A DNA stretch of 27,397 nucleotides from a virus. The notes below the pieces were generated by a model that was not told where the DNA came from, did no database searches, and was given only the letters and a program-made list of their open reading frames with translations. Shown here piece after piece: positions 23,552-27,397 of this stretch. The translations under genes were made by a program, and so were the position numbers. Positions within the stretch are counted from its first letter, which is position 1. Each line of letters opens with the position of its first letter. The stretch is taken from IMG/VR virus record IMGVR_UViG_3300025082_000053. One strand, 5' to 3'.

Positions 23552-23875
23552 ATGACTATTGCCTTAGCAAGACAAATTTTAAAAATGACCCGTACTTTAT
23601 TAAAGGAAGTAGCGAAGAAACGTGGAGTATCAGTCGGGAAATTAAGACAACAGGCAACGAAAGTACTTACTAAGGCTGGTAAAAAACCTAAAGTATTAAC
23701 TGGCGGAAATCAAAGATACGTTACTGGTAAGGATTACACGGCCACAAGATCAATGAAAAGTGGTGAGACATATCAGGCTGAAGTAGGGGGTAGTGGAAAA
23801 ACGAAAAAAAGACTCCCAGATTTAGATGAATTAGAAAGTGGGTGGGGGATGAAAAAAAGAAACAAAATGAGGTGA
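23552..23875 (+). CDS. Small highly basic protein, 107 aa
   Basis: AAGGAG RBS; K/R-rich with an amphipathic N-terminus. Confidence 0.8.
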   Translation: MTIALARQILKMTRTLLKEVAKKRGVSVGKLRQQATKVLTKAGKKPKVLTGGNQRYVTGKDYTATRSMKSGETYQAEVGGSGKTKKRLPDLDELESGWGMKKRNKMR

Positions 23876-23885
23876 GGAGAAAGAT

Positions 23886-24467
23886 ATGTCAAATGGCAAA
23901 GAAAAAATGTATGATATAGCTGAGAAAGGACTCGGGGGAATACGAACAGCATTTAGGGGTAGTCGTTTAGGTGGCGGTCCAGGATGGCTTGGTTATAAAA
24001 CTGGGCAGTGGGCTCCAGGCGTCAACCTCGGAAGACCCGAAAGAAGGGGAGTTTTAGGACGTTTAGCTGACAAGAAGGCTTTAGACCAATGGGGGGAAGG
24101 GATTGGGGGTCCGGATGATTCGATTGATAAGTTGGGAGATGATATTTATGAAGAAAGGCTCTCTAAGCCCAACAATCTTATGCAGCTTCTCCTCGGTAAT
24201 ATCGCTCAGGCTCCATACGGTGCTGCCCAAGGTCCGACTTTTGATGACGGGACCCCAGCCGGCCCACCCCCCTTTGAATATTTTCCTCAAGAAGACCCAG
24301 AATATGGCCATCTCCGCTACTCCCACCCGAGAATCTTCCGGGATGCTGATGGCGCGGCCAATTGGTTTGGGGAGAGGAGACGGGAAGAACATCAGAGAAT
24401 GATGGAAAGTGGAATGACTCCTGAAGATAGATATAGGAAGAACTCGGGGGAATACGATTGGTTATAA
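23886..24467 (+). CDS. Gly/Pro-rich low-complexity protein, 193 aa (possible internal virion protein)
   Basis: GAGGAG RBS; locally GC-rich; no motif recognised. Confidence 0.7.
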   Translation: MSNGKEKMYDIAEKGLGGIRTAFRGSRLGGGPGWLGYKTGQWAPGVNLGRPERRGVLGRLADKKALDQWGEGIGGPDDSIDKLGDDIYEERLSKPNNLMQLLLGNIAQAPYGAAQGPTFDDGTPAGPPPFEYFPQEDPEYGHLRYSHPRIFRDADGAANWFGERRREEHQRMMESGMTPEDRYRKNSGEYDWL

Positions 24468-24480
24468 AACTGGATAGATA

Positions 24481-25221
24481 ATGAGCGATATATACAATAG
24501 TAAGGATAGCCAATTCCCTAATTTTGTTGAGCCTGATAATACAAATGTTGCTATAAATGGTAGCGACTTAATCTTTGATAATGAATACTCGCAAGTACCT
24601 TTTTCGCTATCAGAGACACAAGGAGGTATGTCTAATCAAATATCAGAAGCAGCACTGCAGCATTTACGAGACAGGGAAGGAAGTGTAAATATGATCTATA
24701 AGGATAGCCTAGATAAAGCAACTGGCGGTACAGGTCATCTAATGCGGCCCCAAGATTATTTAGACCTTGGGTTAGACATGGAAACATTACAGTATGGTGC
24801 TTATGACCACCCTGATTATGGTGAAATGCAGGTTGCCCTAGATAGTAATGGAAACCCTGTCCAACTTGATAAATCAGTTACAGATAATTGGCTATTAAAC
24901 GACTCACAAACGGCATTTAATGCTGCAAATAACCAAATGAGCCAACTCGGTGAGGAATACCAGAACAATGAGAGATTAAGAGATAGCCTAATTAACGTAA
25001 ACTACCAGATGGGAGAGAACTGGTATAAGCCTTCAAGCGAAGGAGGAAAGGGGTTTACGGGTGTCTGGAAAGGAATGCTGGAGGGCGATTGGGAAAAAGC
25101 TGCAGGTAATGTCGAATGGCAGAATCCCGCGACAAAACTAAATAACACAGGTTGGCACAACCAAACACCTAAAAGAACTAACGACTTTATGGAAGGACTC
25201 CGAGCAATGAAAGGAGCATAG
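24481..25221 (+). CDS. T4-type lysozyme (GH24 muramidase) with N-terminal extension
   Basis: E-x8-D-x5-T triad (REGSVNMIYKDSLDKAT) with T4L E11/D20/T26 spacing; LINVNYQMGE and WHNQTPKR closely match T4 lysozyme LINMVFQMGE and WYNQTPNR. Confidence 0.9.
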   Translation: MSDIYNSKDSQFPNFVEPDNTNVAINGSDLIFDNEYSQVPFSLSETQGGMSNQISEAALQHLRDREGSVNMIYKDSLDKATGGTGHLMRPQDYLDLGLDMETLQYGAYDHPDYGEMQVALDSNGNPVQLDKSVTDNWLLNDSQTAFNAANNQMSQLGEEYQNNERLRDSLINVNYQMGENWYKPSSEGGKGFTGVWKGMLEGDWEKAAGNVEWQNPATKLNNTGWHNQTPKRTNDFMEGLRAMKGA

Positions 25222-26046
25222 TTGTACGAAGTAACCATAAATCATAAGAATAAAGGCCTTACTGCTTATAAGATATATAAGAAGGAAGAGTGTGATGACA
25301 AAGAAATTAAATACAAATATTGGAAGGACGCATGCGAAGGCGACTATGCACTCTCTGATGATGGGTGGTGTGCTGAGGTTATCAAAAGAAAGGAATATCC
25401 CAATAATCACAAGCAAACAACAGTTTATATTAGACTCCCATGGGGATATTTTATGTGGAATCCCAAATATCCAACAATTAAGTTTAATGCGGAGGGGCGC
25501 ATTACGCCTCATACTATCACTGGGAAACCTTATCTTGAGGCCAATAAAAAATCTGAGAAGATGAGAAATCTTGCAATGTGTTATGCACAGACAATGAATA
25601 AAGATTTGGCTATTGATTTAGCTCTCGGGAGCTTGACTCGCATGCAACATGGGTCTTGGAAACGTAAAATGAAAACGGAGGTTTTTAGGGATATGGTTAG
25701 AGAAGAATTGGCAAAACTTTTAACTAAACATGGGATGACAGAAGATTATACCCTGGAATTGTTAGCCGATACAATAGAAAATGCAAAGGGGAAGAAAGAT
25801 ATTACCAATCTAATGAGGGCGGTAGAAAATCTTCAGGGAATGCATGGGATGAAAGAACGACAAGTTGTAAAGACTACTCATCAACTTGAGGGCACAGTGA
25901 CTAGGAAGTTATTAGACCAAATTCACGAAGAAGAACAGAAGTTGAAGGCAACAAAAATCACGGAAGGTGAATATGAGCCACAAAAATTATCGGAGACCAG
26001 AGAAAAAGAAGAAGTACAAACCGAAGGAAAAAAAGAAGAAGGTTAA
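25222..26046 (+). CDS. Probable terminase small subunit with extra N-terminal domain
   Basis: TTG start abutting the upstream stop; immediately upstream of TerL; helical C-half (ELAKLLTKHGMTEDYTLELL...LMRAVENLQGMHG). Assignment is mostly positional. Confidence 0.55.
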   Translation: MYEVTINHKNKGLTAYKIYKKEECDDKEIKYKYWKDACEGDYALSDDGWCAEVIKRKEYPNNHKQTTVYIRLPWGYFMWNPKYPTIKFNAEGRITPHTITGKPYLEANKKSEKMRNLAMCYAQTMNKDLAIDLALGSLTRMQHGSWKRKMKTEVFRDMVREELAKLLTKHGMTEDYTLELLADTIENAKGKKDITNLMRAVENLQGMHGMKERQVVKTTHQLEGTVTRKLLDQIHEEEQKLKATKITEGEYEPQKLSETREKEEVQTEGKKEEG

Positions 26047-27397
26047 ATGGATTACGAAGAAAAATACGAGCGATTACAAGTATTAAAGAAGTTTCGTGAA
26101 AATATCGGGCTTTTTGGTAAACTATGCTTTTCTTCGGCACTTAAAAAGCAAACACCTGATTTTCATCACGAGATTTATCGCAATTTAAGGAATAAGAAAA
26201 AAAGACGAGTTCTTATTGCTGCTCCTCGTGGTACGGCGAAAAGCACTGTATGTTCTCTTATTTTTCCTCTTTGGAAAATTGCATTTAAAGCTCCTGATGA
26301 AGAATTATTCATTGTAATTATATCAGAATCGCAAACACAAAGTATTAATTTCTTGAGTAGGATAAAATACCATCTTGATACATCTCGTGTATTCAGGGAA
26401 GCATTTGGGGATTTCAGCGCTAATACTGCAAAGAGATGGACTAATAATGATATTATATTGGCAAATGGCTCTCGAGTAGTAGCAGTAGGTACCGGTCAGC
26501 GGGTACGTGGATTTATCGAAGGGGATACTCGTCCTAATCTCATTATTGTTGATGACTTTGAATCAGAGCTGAATGCCTTCACTCCAGAGAGTAGGGTAAA
26601 AAACCGTAAGTGGATTACAGAGGCTGTTATTCCATCCCTTAGTGATGATGGGAGGCTTATTATGGTTGGCACAGTAATTTCAGAAGATTGTTTCCTTAAT
26701 TGGGCTAAGGGAAGTCCAGCATGGAAAACACTTTGGTATAAGATATGGGATGACGATGAAGAAAGTATATGGCCTGAACGATTTCCAAAAACAAGAATTA
26801 TTAGCATTAAATCAGAGTATGAGTCTGTGGGGAACCTTAATGGATTTTATCAGGAGTATATGAATATAGCACAGAGCCCGGATAATGCACCGTTTAAGCC
26901 AGAATACATAAAAATACATTCATATGATTTTGAGAATATTGATGGTCAAAATTGTTTGGTGAAGGAAAGGGGAGATGAAAAAGAAATTAAACCTGTGGAC
27001 ATCTATGCTGGGGTGGACCCTGCTAGTTCTTTATCTATTAGGGCTGACTATTTTGTTATCGCTATCATCGCTGTTGATAGTGATAATAATAAGTATATCG
27101 TTGATATATTCCGCCGTAGATTGGACCCTGCGTACCAGCCTGATAAAATTATCGAGTATTTTGAAAAGTATAGTCCCAAGAAAATGAAAATTGAAACTGT
27201 GGCATATCAGGAAGCATTGCGTAGTTCCGTAAAGAAACTTATGCTTGAAAAGAATATATATATTCCCGGCTTAGAAGCTGGCGTGAAACCGCGGACAAGG
27301 AAATCAGAGAGATTACTTTCTTTGGTTCCAATGTTAGCTAAGGGTGAGTTTTTCTTCAGGCAACAGGATATTACTGCTCAACAAGAATTTTTGTCAT
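26047..27397 (+). CDS. terL: Terminase large subunit (3'-truncated by the window end)
   Basis: Open from ATG 26047 to the end; APRGTAKST Walker A, VRG, IIVDDFE Walker B, FYQEYMN, YAGVDPA nuclease motif. Confidence 0.95.
   Translation, partial: MDYEEKYERLQVLKKFRENIGLFGKLCFSSALKKQTPDFHHEIYRNLRNKKKRRVLIAAPRGTAKSTVCSLIFPLWKIAFKAPDEELFIVIISESQTQSINFLSRIKYHLDTSRVFREAFGDFSANTAKRWTNNDIILANGSRVVAVGTGQRVRGFIEGDTRPNLIIVDDFESELNAFTPESRVKNRKWITEAVIPSLSDDGRLIMVGTVISEDCFLNWAKGSPAWKTLWYKIWDDDEESIWPERFPKTRIISIKSEYESVGNLNGFYQEYMNIAQSPDNAPFKPEYIKIHSYDFENIDGQNCLVKERGDEKEIKPVDIYAGVDPASSLSIRADYFVIAIIAVDSDNNKYIVDIFRRRLDPAYQPDKIIEYFEKYSPKKMKIETVAYQEALRSSVKKLMLEKNIYIPGLEAGVKPRTRKSERLLSLVPMLAKGEFFFRQQDITAQQEFLS

Noticed and set aside
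68-27187. Antisense or alternate-frame ORFs in the track (e.g. 68..295, 531..719, 4941..5150, 8925..9350, 12496..12894, 14863..15048, 15043..15237, 16232..16486, 20346..20651, 24081..24392, 25138..25512, 26496..26807, 26975..27187)
   Set aside because: They overlap better-supported genes or structured leaders, show no convincing RBS or motif, and have shadow-ORF composition.
1-27397. Alternative genetic code (stop-codon reassignment)
   Set aside because: Genes are long and tightly packed under code 11, and TAG, TGA and TAA all serve as real stops at operon junctions (e.g. 16860, 1638, 15625).
1-27397. Integrated prophage boundaries, integrase or repressor
   Set aside because: No host genes, att-like junction, integrase or CI-type repressor are visible in this window.

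Overview
This window is part of a low-GC tailed dsDNA phage genome (Caudoviricetes). The host cannot be assigned from sequence alone. Two arms diverge from a symmetric sigma70-type promoter pair at 15231-15283. The minus-strand early/replication arm (about 14978 down to a strong terminator at 1865-1905) lies entirely inside the window. It carries small accessory genes, then a complete ubiquitin-like conjugation cassette (beta-grasp Ubl, E2 with HPH..C, JAB/JAMM protease, ThiF/E1). That cassette runs directly into an AAA_24/Sak4-like ATPase, a putative SSB, an AEP primase-SF4 helicase fusion, a Gp157-like protein, an HTH protein, an HNH endonuclease and small Cys-rich proteins. The early-arm intergenic DNA is packed with long-stem-closed, multi-branched RNA-like structures. 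Three sequence blocks recur in the same order in two of them, 12 kb apart. The plus-strand late arm encodes a putative adaptor, modular tail-fibre proteins, holin-like proteins, a T4-type lysozyme, a probable small terminase and the large terminase (truncated by the window end). The plus-strand genes at 73-1638 probably end a late unit. No DNA polymerase, integrase, tRNA or CRISPR array was found. All protein calls come from motifs read by eye, and all RNA folds from hand pairing, with no database search or folding software.
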